From positions 85,347 through 149,346 of the forward strand of contig JACRDK010000004.1 in the NCBI GenBank assembly GCA_016218585.1: a stretch of DNA of 64,000 nt, given 5' to 3'. The notes under the pieces were generated by a model, which did no database searches, was not told the DNA's origin, and was given only the letters and a program-made list of their open reading frames with translations. The translations under genes were made by a program, and so were the position numbers. Below are positions 38,070-46,946 of this stretch, piece after piece. Origin of the DNA: Candidatus Doudnabacteria bacterium. GTDB taxonomy: Bacteria > Patescibacteriota > Doudnabacteria > UBA920. Each line of letters starts with the position of its first letter. The first letter of the stretch is position 1.

Positions 38070-39200
38070 ATGAAAATTGGAATTGTCTGATATCCTTCCG
38101 TTGGTGGCAGCGGCATTGTGGCAACAAACTTAGGGCTAGAACTGGCGCTCCTGGGGCATCAGGTTCATTTTATTTCTTACGAATCGCCTTTTCGTTTGGA
38201 GAAAAAACATAAAAATATTTTTTTCCACAAAGTTCAAATTAACGAATACAGCCTGTTTAAATATCCGGACTACACCCTGCCGCTGGCCGTTGCCATTGAA
38301 GAAGTGCAAAAAAGATACGGGCTGGACGTAGTGCATGTGCATTACGCCGTGCCGCACGCCACCGCGGCGCTACTGGCTAAAAGAATTATGAGGCAAAATG
38401 GAATTCAACCGCCTAAAATAATTACCACTTTGCATGGAACCGACATTACCCTGCTGGCCAAAGATCCTGCTCTTTTTGAAATAATTAAATATTCGGTTGA
38501 AAGAAGCAACGGCGTAACTGCGGTATCACAAAATTTAAAAAATGATACAATAAAATTTTTAAAAACCGAAAAAGATATTGAGGTTATTTACAATTTTTAT
38601 TCTCCTCCGGCGCCAAAAAAAACCCACAACGCCATGCGCCGAGAACTTAAAATAAAAGACAGCGATGTTTTGGCTATTCATTTGTCTAATGTTCGTCCGG
38701 TAAAAAGAATTCCTGATTTGTTGAAAGTGGCGGCAAAAATGAAAACACAAAAAAACTTTAAACTGTTAATTTTAAGCGGCGGCGATTTTAAACCGTTTAA
38801 ACCGCTAGTTAAAAAACTTAAACTTGGCAAACAACTTATTGTTAAAGAAAATGTTAAAGATATTGAAAACTATTTAAATGCTGCCGACTTAGGGCTTTAC
38901 ACATCGGAAACAGAAAGTTTTGGCATGGGTATTTTGGAAACAATGAGTTATGAAAATCCCATTGTCAGCACTAATGTTGGCGGCGTGCCGGAAGTAATGG
39001 AAGAAGGAAAAAGCGGATTTTTGCTGGCGCTGGGCGATGTTTCCGGAATGGCAAACAAGGTAAAACTTTTGGTGAATAATGAAAATTTAAGAAAACAAAT
39101 GGGACAACACGCCAAAAAAATCGCCTGCGAAAAATTCTGCTCCAAAGTAGTCGTCCCCCAGTATTTGGAATACTACAAAAAAATAATAGAAGAAAAGTAG
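38070..39200 (+). CDS. bshA: GlcNAc-malate synthase BshA with in-frame TGA at codon 7
   Basis: MKIGIV*YPSVGGSGIVAT, HVHYAVPHA, TTLHGTDIT, ESFG; the ORF track starts late at GTG 38118. Confidence 0.85.
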
Positions 39201-39221
39201 ACAACCCTGATATTAAAACTA

Positions 39222-39250
39222 TAAAAACCCCCTTAAAGAAGGGGGTTTTA
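39222..39250 (+). terminator. Intrinsic terminator
   Basis: TAAAAACCCCCTT-AAAG-AAGGGGGTTTTA. Confidence 0.8.
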
Positions 39251-39312
39251 TTATTGACAATTATGTCAATATATGATATAATAATTACCTACTTCTGAGG
39301 AGGAGTATTGTG

Positions 39313-39612
39313 ATGAAGGCCATCATTTTAGTATTTTTTTCGCTCTCCCTGCAGTGTACAGTAGGGCAGGAACCCGCCAAACCGGCACCACCGAGCGGTG
39401 TGACTGCTTCGCAGGGTGCAAAGCCGGCACCGGAGAAGAAGACCGGCAACGAACCGCTCGAGGCCTTGAGCCACGAAGAGGGATGTCGACGGGCAAGGTA
39501 TTTCTTCTACCGACCCGATCGATACCTCCAGCTCACCCGCATGAGCGGAAACGAAAACACGGTGCAGAACATGCTTCTGCACCAGATGACGGCAAACGGT
39601 TGCGACTGGTAG
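39313..39612 (+). CDS. GC-rich orphan secreted protein
   Basis: Own TTGACA/TATAAT promoter, SD GAGGAGG, signal peptide, terminator at 39637-39677. Confidence 0.6.
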   Translation: MKAIILVFFSLSLQCTVGQEPAKPAPPSGVTASQGAKPAPEKKTGNEPLEALSHEEGCRRARYFFYRPDRYLQLTRMSGNENTVQNMLLHQMTANGCDW

Positions 39613-39685
39613 AACCGGTCGCAGCCAACAACACAAAAAACGACGCAAGGGACCCTAAAGGCACCCTGCGTCGTTTTCATTTAAC

Positions 39686-40357
39686 TTATTTTTTCCACTC
39701 TACAATTTTCCCCATTTTAATTTCTATTTTATCCGCGGGGCGCAGATTTTTTATTTGCAGCTTATTTAAAATTTTATAATGTTTTATTTTATCCAGCTTT
39801 TGCGGTATTGCAAAAAGCTGCTCTGTGCTAGTTCGCCAGTTTATTGTTTCCCTTCCCTCTCTCTCTGAGGCAGAGGGATTAAGGGTGAGGGGGTGCTTGT
39901 CAAAAAAACTTAAATCAAAAATTTCCGAATATTCGCGCAATGTTTTTTGCCCGGTGTTTAAAAAATATTCATGGAAGTAAGACATAACCAATTCCCGCAA
40001 AGTTTTATAAACCGGCTCGCGAAAACGCAGTACGCCGTGATTAGTTTTACTTATGGCGCCAAAACAGCCAAATTTTTTATAAATTGCAACTACATGGTCA
40101 TCATCCCCGGGCTTGACCGAACGAAGATCAACCACAAGCGGCCTTGCCCCATGAAATTCCAAAATCGCCACAGCCAAGAGCGCGCCTTCCATACAATGTG
40201 CGGTTTTATGTTTTATAACCTGGCGCGGGGAATAACACGTCTCCCCGCTTTTCTCAAAGTTAAACTTTAACGAATTTAAAAAGCCCTGAATTTTTTGCGG
40301 CGAATTCAGTTTTTTAAAAAGTTTTATTTCCGCTTTTGTATACAATCCATTCTCCAT
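39686..40357 (-). CDS. Conserved hypothetical protein (Cys/His, transglutaminase-like)
   Basis: HCMEGALLA, DDDHVVA, GAISKTNH, LVMSYFHEY. Confidence 0.75.
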   Translation of the reverse strand: MENGLYTKAEIKLFKKLNSPQKIQGFLNSLKFNFEKSGETCYSPRQVIKHKTAHCMEGALLAVAILEFHGARPLVVDLRSVKPGDDDHVVAIYKKFGCFGAISKTNHGVLRFREPVYKTLRELVMSYFHEYFLNTGQKTLREYSEIFDLSFFDKHPLTLNPSASEREGRETINWRTSTEQLFAIPQKLDKIKHYKILNKLQIKNLRPADKIEIKMGKIVEWKK

Positions 40358-40392
40358 AAAAACATTCTGGTGTTCTGCAGAATATGAGAATA

Positions 40393-41295
40393 TTATTTTT
40401 TTATTGCGTGGCCGCCAAACTGCTTGCGCATAAGCGCCACAATTTTGTTGGAAAATTTATTTTGATTGGCCGGATCTTCCGACTCGCTGCGGACTTTTAA
40501 GCTGTCTTCTATTACCCGAACATCCACGCCCAATTCGTGGCCGGCGTTAACTGTCCATTCCCCTTCGCCGCTAGCTTTTATATAGCCTTTGGTTCCGGCA
40601 ATATCTTCCCCGTCAAAAATATTATAAACCAAATCTATGAGCCAGCTGCGCACTACGCTGCCCTGCTGGTAAACTTTAGTAACCTGCTTCAAATCCAAAT
40701 TAAAATCGCTGGCTTGCATTACCGCATAGCCTTCGCCAATGGCTTCCATCATTCCGTATTCAATGCCATTATGCACCATTTTTACAAAATGTCCGGCTCC
40801 GTTTTTCCCCATAAGCCCGTAATTTTCCCCGGAAGATAAAACTTTAAAAATAGGTTCTACCACGTGCCATTGTTCTTTTGGTCCGCCAACCATAAGCGCA
40901 AAGCCGTTCTCTTCGCCCCAAACGCCCCCGCTGGTGCCGCAGTCGTAAAATACCACGCCTTTGGCACTTAGCTCCGCGGCTCTCTTTATAGATTCTTTAT
41001 ATAAGCTGTTACCGCCGTCTATAACAATGTCCCCCGCGCGCAAGTGCGGCCCGATTTGCTTTTCAATAAATTCAGCGACTATTTCATGGGGCAACATTAT
41101 CCAAAAAATCCTGGGGCTTTGCGCCATGGCGCCAACAAGCTCGTCAACTTTTTCAAAAGTTTTAACTCCGGCTTTTGCGGCTTCCTCGCGCGGCTCCGGC
41201 GATCGATTCCAGGCCAATACCTCAAAATTATTTTTTTGTAATCTACGGGCAATTTGTATACCCATTTTTCCTAAACCAAAAATTGCAATTTTCAT
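40393..41295 (-). CDS. gnd: 6-phosphogluconate dehydrogenase (short form)
   Basis: GLGKMG, DGGNS, GHFVKMVHNGIEYG, FGGH. Confidence 0.95.
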   Translation of the reverse strand: MKIAIFGLGKMGIQIARRLQKNNFEVLAWNRSPEPREEAAKAGVKTFEKVDELVGAMAQSPRIFWIMLPHEIVAEFIEKQIGPHLRAGDIVIDGGNSLYKESIKRAAELSAKGVVFYDCGTSGGVWGEENGFALMVGGPKEQWHVVEPIFKVLSSGENYGLMGKNGAGHFVKMVHNGIEYGMMEAIGEGYAVMQASDFNLDLKQVTKVYQQGSVVRSWLIDLVYNIFDGEDIAGTKGYIKASGEGEWTVNAGHELGVDVRVIEDSLKVRSESEDPANQNKFSNKIVALMRKQFGGHAIKK

Positions 41296-41303
41296 AAATG
41301 TAT

Positions 41304-41785
41304 AGACCGCGGATGCGCTGATAAACGCAGATTACGCGGATTTTGTTTTTTGATTAATTATTCGCTTTATTAAAACACTTTTTCTAGTAAATATTGCTAG
41401 TAATCCTAATTCCAAACCGTTTGTTTTTAAATAAGTCATTACTTGATCAAAATATTTTTTGTGGAATTCCTCCGCAACCTTCAACTCAACAACTATGTTA
41501 ATTTTTTCTTCTTTAAATTTAACTAAAAAATCAATAAAGAACTTGGAAATTATTTTATCATCATATTTTAAATTGCAGTACAACTCTCTATCAAAAACCA
41601 AACCTAATTTTTCCAATTCACTCACAAACCCACGCTGATATTCTTTTTCCCGATAACCATAACCGAGCCTGTTATAAACATTATATAACGCTCCGATAAT
41701 CATTTTGGTTTGGTTCTGATATAAAAGTTGCATATTTGCAGTTTTTATCCGCGCTATCCTGCCTGCATCCGCGTATCCGCGGTCT
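41304..41785. mobile_element. Candidate cassette: GxxExxY gene between inverted periodic repeats
   Basis: AGACCGCGGAT (41304-41314) / ATCCGCGGTCT (41775-41785) plus inner CGCGGAT-like units on each side. Confidence 0.55.
41332..41733 (-). CDS. GxxExxY protein (PD-(D/E)xK nuclease superfamily)
   Basis: LGYGYREKEY, IDFLV, VELKV, QVMTYL. Confidence 0.92.
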   Translation of the reverse strand: MQLLYQNQTKMIIGALYNVYNRLGYGYREKEYQRGFVSELEKLGLVFDRELYCNLKYDDKIISKFFIDFLVKFKEEKINIVVELKVAEEFHKKYFDQVMTYLKTNGLELGLLAIFTRKSVLIKRIINQKTKSA

Positions 41786-42545
41786 TTCTGACCTCAATAC
41801 ACATAAACAGCGGAATTTCCTTGCGGGCTTTGTCTTCCGCCAATTTTCTCGCGCCCTTGTCGCTGGTTTTATGGGAAATCCATTCTTCCAAGCGGCTTAC
41901 TACAAGTCCCGATTTATAAAAAGCTTTAAAATAAACCTGCAGCGGATGGTGAAAAGAATAAGTGAATTTTTTATTCCTCATTTCTTTTACTCCTTGGGTC
42001 ATATCCACGGCCTGGGTAATTTCCGACATATAGCCGTCTATTCTGCGGTACTGAACTTTTTGCTTTTCGTCATAATCCCAATTCGAAGCTCCGGGGACGC
42101 GAAAGGTAGGATGATTTAAAACCAGCACCGCCCTCCCCCCGGGTTTTAGCACCCGGGACATTTCGCCAATGGCCGCCGGCAAATTTTTCATATTTTGCAA
42201 AGCCAAGATGCAAATAGCTGCATCGAAGCGGTTATCAGCAATGCCGTTTAATTTCTCCGCCGACAAAACCAAATAACTTTCGTTCTTGCCGGATTGTGTT
42301 TTTGCCAAAGAAATTAATTCAGCGCCAATATCCACCCCCAAAACTTTAGCTCCAGCCTTTGCCAGTTCGCGCGAAAAATAACCTTGGCCGCAGCCAATAT
42401 CAATTATGTTTTCGCCAGGACTTATATTCAGCAGCCTTAGCAAATTTGGCTTTATTACTTTTTCCTGATAGGTATCTTCCCCTTCTTCTAGTAATTGGTT
42501 ATACCATCCGGCTACTTTACCCCAGGAAGTATTTGAATTGACCAT
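41754..42545 (-). CDS. Class I SAM-dependent methyltransferase
   Basis: IDIGCGQG, RVLKPGG. Confidence 0.9.
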   Translation of the reverse strand: MVNSNTSWGKVAGWYNQLLEEGEDTYQEKVIKPNLLRLLNISPGENIIDIGCGQGYFSRELAKAGAKVLGVDIGAELISLAKTQSGKNESYLVLSAEKLNGIADNRFDAAICILALQNMKNLPAAIGEMSRVLKPGGRAVLVLNHPTFRVPGASNWDYDEKQKVQYRRIDGYMSEITQAVDMTQGVKEMRNKKFTYSFHHPLQVYFKAFYKSGLVVSRLEEWISHKTSDKGARKLAEDKARKEIPLFMCIEVRKTADTRMQAG

Positions 42546-42578
42546 AATTTAAAAATAAATAAAATTGTATAAATGATA

Positions 42579-42684
42579 TAATTGCCCAAAATTGCGCAAG
42601 ATTGTCCAGAATTGACCAAAAATTAAGTTGCAGAGGTTTAATTTTGTGCAATCTTATTTAATTCTGGGCAATTTTGGGCAATTA
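42579..42684. repeat. Inverted 10-mer repeat array
   Basis: ATTGCCCAAA ATTGCGCAAG ATTGTCCAGA ATTGACCAAA and an inverted set; 17-bp perfect ends. Confidence 0.85.
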
Positions 42685-44160
42685 CTTTGTCCGCCACTCT
42701 CTTAAATCTTTTTTTATAAATTCATCAGCTTCTTTTGGTCCCGCGCTTTTTTGCTTATAGCTAAATACCGGCAAGTTTTTAAACTCAGGATTTTCCGTAA
42801 TGCTGTCTATAAATTTCCAGGAAGATTCTATTTCATCGCTGCGAATAAACAAGCGCTGGTCGCCTTCTATAAAGTCCAACAGCAACCGCTCATACGCCCC
42901 GGGCAGTTCGGTCATAAATGCCTGCTTGTAGCCAAAGCCGTAGTCGCCTTGGTGAATATCTACGCCAAAACCGGGAACTTTGTTGTTGATTTGCAAATGT
43001 ACCGATTCGTCCGGTTGAATGCGAAAAGTTAAAACATTCGCCGTGCAGTTGCGAAAAATACAGCGCGCCGGTTCTTTAAAATGCACCGTAACTTCCGCAA
43101 CTTTTTTATGCAGGGCTTTTCCAGTGCGCAAATAAAACGGCACACCCTGCCAGCGCGGCGTATTAATAAAAACTTTTAGCGCGGCAAAAGTTTCTGTTTG
43201 ACTGTCGGCCTTAACTTCTTTTTTGTATCCCGCATACTGCCCTTTAATAACAGACTGCCTTAACTCCCCTGCTGGCAGCTGCAAAGCTTTTAAAATTTTT
43301 AGCTTCTCGTTGCGAATATCTTCGGTGGTTAAATTATATGGCTCGTTCATGGTAATTAAAGACAGCATTTGCAAAATATGGTTTTGCACAAAATCTTTAA
43401 TCGCTCCGGTCTGGTCGTAATATTCAGCGCGCTTGGCTGTAGTGTCATTCTCCAAAACGCTAATTTCCACATGGTCAATATTTTTGTTATTCCAAAGCGG
43501 CTCAAAAATGCCGTTAGCAAAGCGGACCACCATTAAATTTTGCACTGTTTCCTTGCCTAAATAATGGTCTATGCGGTAAATTTGTTCTTCTTCAAAAAAC
43601 TTCTTTAAAAGCTTATTCAAAGCACTGGCTGACTTATAATTAAAACCAAACGGCTTTTCCACCAAAACTCGAACTTTCCTCTCATGGGCTTTGCAGGACA
43701 TAAGCAGGCCGGAATTTTTTAAAATGTGCGCGATGCCGGAAAAATACTGCGGGCTGGTTGCAAAGTAATACAAGCGATTATAGCAAACGTGCTTGTTTGG
43801 CTGGTCGTGGTCGGATAAAAGCTTTGCCAAACCGGTAAAAGAAGCGACGTCATCAAAATTTCCCTGATAATAAGTTAAGCGCTTTAAAAAAGACTGTTTA
43901 ACCTTTGTCGGCAGTTTTTTTAGCACAGTTGATTTTTTTAAAACAAAATCAAAATAAGATTTTGCGTTTAACTCTTTACGGCCAACGCAAACCAGCCTAA
44001 AACTCTTAGGCAGCATCCCATGCTCTTCCATGCGCAACAAAGCCGGCAATAAATAATCGGCCGAAAGGTCTCCGGTCGCGCCAAAAATTGTTAAAATTGT
44101 CGGCGCTATTTGTTTGCCCGACAAACGTTTTTGAGTATCTTCTACTAAGCTTTTTTTCAT
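42682..44160 (-). CDS. zwf: Glucose-6-phosphate 1-dehydrogenase
   Basis: FGATGDL, EKPFG, RIDHYLGKE. Confidence 0.96.
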   Translation of the reverse strand: MKKSLVEDTQKRLSGKQIAPTILTIFGATGDLSADYLLPALLRMEEHGMLPKSFRLVCVGRKELNAKSYFDFVLKKSTVLKKLPTKVKQSFLKRLTYYQGNFDDVASFTGLAKLLSDHDQPNKHVCYNRLYYFATSPQYFSGIAHILKNSGLLMSCKAHERKVRVLVEKPFGFNYKSASALNKLLKKFFEEEQIYRIDHYLGKETVQNLMVVRFANGIFEPLWNNKNIDHVEISVLENDTTAKRAEYYDQTGAIKDFVQNHILQMLSLITMNEPYNLTTEDIRNEKLKILKALQLPAGELRQSVIKGQYAGYKKEVKADSQTETFAALKVFINTPRWQGVPFYLRTGKALHKKVAEVTVHFKEPARCIFRNCTANVLTFRIQPDESVHLQINNKVPGFGVDIHQGDYGFGYKQAFMTELPGAYERLLLDFIEGDQRLFIRSDEIESSWKFIDSITENPEFKNLPVFSYKQKSAGPKEADEFIKKDLREWRTK

Positions 44161-44203
44161 ATATTTTCCTTAATTTTAGCACAATCCCAAACCTGCACAA
44201 GCG

Positions 44204-46867
44204 CTATATTTTTGCGGCCTTACGATAAATTAACTTGCGAATTTCATCCACTAAAATTATGGAGAAAGCCAAAACAAAAACCGCAACCCATTCGCCAAAA
44301 GCAAGCGGCTTGGTTTCTAACAGATGATTAAACCACGGCGTGCTGACCGCCACAAATTGAAAAACTAAATTTATGCCGATAGCCAGCCAAACATAAACAT
44401 TGCCAAAAATCCTTTTGTTAAAAACGCTTTTGAACCTGAATCTGCAGTTAAGCGAGTTATACCATTGAAACATTGCAAGCAGCGTAAGCGCCATAGTTTG
44501 AGCCTTAATTGCATCGGCCAAATAATAAACATGATATATATAGAGGGCGCCTAGTGCCATAGTCAGGCCAATAAGCCCAATATGAATCAACATTTGTCGG
44601 TCTATAAAAAACTTAGACAGCCGGCCGCGATTATTTTTAAAAGAATCGCCTTCGTCTTTTTCCAATGCCAGGGCCGCGCCGGAGAGCGGGTCTGTAATTA
44701 AATTTAGCCACAAAATTTGCACCGCGGTTACCGGCACCGGAATCCGCAAAAACAAACTAAACACTACGGTAAGCAATTCTCCAAAAGAAGTTGAAAATAA
44801 AAACTGCAGGGCTTTCTTTATATTGGCGTACATTACCCGGCCTTCTTTTATGGCCGTAACTATGCTGCCCAAATTATCGTCTAATAAAACTATATCCGCC
44901 GCTTCCTTGGCCACTTCTGTTCCAATTTTGCCCATCGCCACCCCAAGGTCGGCCGCCATTAAAGACGGCGCGTCATTAACGCCGTCGCCGGTCATAGCAA
45001 CGGTTAACCCTAAAGCTTTATAGCCCTGAATGATCTTCATTTTGTCTTCGGGAGTAACGCGGGAAAATACCGAAACTTTGGATAATTTTTCTTTTAACTG
45101 CCCGGGAGAAAGTTCCGCGAGTTCCGTTCCTGTTAAAATTATATCCCCTTCCGAAAAAATTCCGGCTTCCACAGCAATAGTCTTGGCTGTATTTTTTAAA
45201 TCGCCGGTTATCATTACAACTTTAACCCCGGCTTCTTTAGCCATGCTTACCGACTTGGCCGCTTCCGGCCTTAACGCGTCCTCTATTCCCCAAAAACCTC
45301 CAAACACCAACTCATTAATATTATCCAGCGGATGGGTTTTGCTTAAATGCTTAAACCCGTAAGCCACCACGCGCAAACCTTTTTTTGCAAATTCTTCCAC
45401 TGCTTCTTCAAAAAGTTTTTGGTCGGCCGAAGTTTTGGCGTGGGTCAAGCCGTTTTCCACATAATGAGAGGCGTGATGCAAAATAACTTCAGGCGCGCCG
45501 GCAATGGCGCAAAAAACTTTTCCTTCATGTTCATAAAAAACAGCGCGAAATTTGTTTTTATATTCAAAAGGAATTTCCGCGGCTTCAACATACTTCTTTT
45601 CTTCCGTTTCTTTGGCAAATCCCAGTTTTTCTCCAAACACCAACATAGCGGCCTCGGTCGGATCGCCGGAAACCTTATAACCGCCGGTATCCTGCACAAA
45701 CTGCACCCCGGCTTTATTTGCCAAGCAAGCCACCAGCGCGCTCTGTTTTACGTCCGCAGACTGATTCTCGTTTTTTCCTCCAAACTGCGCTTCGCCCTTT
45801 GGCTCATAACCATTGCCGGTTACGGAATAAATTTTCTTTCCTGTATATAAATTTTTTATGACCATTTCATTTTTAGTCAGGGTACCGGTCTTGTCTACGG
45901 CAATTATATTCGCTTGGCCCAAAGCCTCCACAGCCTGCATTTTTTTTACCAAAGCGTTCTTTTTGCTCATGCGCCAAACGCCATGAGCCAAAATTAAAGT
46001 TAAAACCAAAGGTAGCCCTTCCGGAATTACAGAAACGCCTAAAGAAACAATTAAGGCAAACATATCTCTGGGAGATTGCCCGGCTTGTGTGCCAAGAATA
46101 AACAAAAAAACGGACATTGCCACTACCAAATAAATAATAAATTTGGAAAGTTTTTTTATATTTTTTTGCAGCGGCATTTCGCTTTCTGGCATTAGCAAAG
46201 TTTGGCTGATTTTTCCAACCTCGGTGTTTATGCCGGTTCCAACAACAACAGCCAGCCCGTCGCCACCCAAAATCGCTGTTCCCTTAAAAACCATATTATG
46301 CTGGGAAGAAATAGGCAAATTTTCATCTGCGAGCGGACCTTCTTTTTTATGGACCGCTGCCGATTCCCCGGTTAAGGCGGATTCATCTGTGCTTAAGTTA
46401 TGTGAAAAAAATACTCTGGCGTCCGCCACCGCGCGCTGCCCTTCCTTTAAAACCAAAATATCTCCCGGGACTATCTCGGCTTCCAAAACAATAACCTCCT
46501 CGCCTCCGCGCAATACCGAAGCCTCCGCCGTAGATAATTTTTTTAAACTCTGCAACATTCTGCCGGCTCTCCCCTCCTGTACCGCCCCAATTACCGCGTT
46601 AATCAACAGGACAGCCAAAATAATATAGGCATCGGTATTTTCCCGCAAATAAAAAATTATGGCTGCGCAAGCCACCAAAATATAAATTAATGGGCTTTGA
46701 AATTGTCGCAAAAAAATAACCAGCCAGCTTTCCGGCGGCTTTTCCGGCAAAATGTTTGCCCCATATTGCTTTAGGCGGGCGCTAACTTCTTGCGGAGTCA
46801 AACCTTTTTCCAGGTCGGTTTTCAGTTCCTGGGCAAGTTGTTGTTTTGTGTATTGATACCAATTCAT
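44204..46867 (-). CDS. P2-type cation (Ca2+-like) ATPase
   Basis: TGES, IPEGL, DKTGTLT, TGDGVNDAP. Confidence 0.92.
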   Translation of the reverse strand: MNWYQYTKQQLAQELKTDLEKGLTPQEVSARLKQYGANILPEKPPESWLVIFLRQFQSPLIYILVACAAIIFYLRENTDAYIILAVLLINAVIGAVQEGRAGRMLQSLKKLSTAEASVLRGGEEVIVLEAEIVPGDILVLKEGQRAVADARVFFSHNLSTDESALTGESAAVHKKEGPLADENLPISSQHNMVFKGTAILGGDGLAVVVGTGINTEVGKISQTLLMPESEMPLQKNIKKLSKFIIYLVVAMSVFLFILGTQAGQSPRDMFALIVSLGVSVIPEGLPLVLTLILAHGVWRMSKKNALVKKMQAVEALGQANIIAVDKTGTLTKNEMVIKNLYTGKKIYSVTGNGYEPKGEAQFGGKNENQSADVKQSALVACLANKAGVQFVQDTGGYKVSGDPTEAAMLVFGEKLGFAKETEEKKYVEAAEIPFEYKNKFRAVFYEHEGKVFCAIAGAPEVILHHASHYVENGLTHAKTSADQKLFEEAVEEFAKKGLRVVAYGFKHLSKTHPLDNINELVFGGFWGIEDALRPEAAKSVSMAKEAGVKVVMITGDLKNTAKTIAVEAGIFSEGDIILTGTELAELSPGQLKEKLSKVSVFSRVTPEDKMKIIQGYKALGLTVAMTGDGVNDAPSLMAADLGVAMGKIGTEVAKEAADIVLLDDNLGSIVTAIKEGRVMYANIKKALQFLFSTSFGELLTVVFSLFLRIPVPVTAVQILWLNLITDPLSGAALALEKDEGDSFKNNRGRLSKFFIDRQMLIHIGLIGLTMALGALYIYHVYYLADAIKAQTMALTLLAMFQWYNSLNCRFRFKSVFNKRIFGNVYVWLAIGINLVFQFVAVSTPWFNHLLETKPLAFGEWVAVFVLAFSIILVDEIRKLIYRKAAKI

Positions 46868-46946
46868 GCTAAGACTAGAATTAAGAATCTTGAATCATGA
46901 ATTATGTTTTGCTTCTATATTCCTAACTCATGATTCTATTTTTAAA

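Noticed and set aside
38088-38090. Genome-wide TGA reassignment (code 4 or 25)
   Set aside because: TGA terminates full-length genes here (3832, 17681, 24072, 59801, 62414) and I saw no other conserved gene interrupted by it.
42579-42684. Periodic arrays as CRISPR
   Set aside because: Units are 7-10 bp with no unique spacers and no cas genes.
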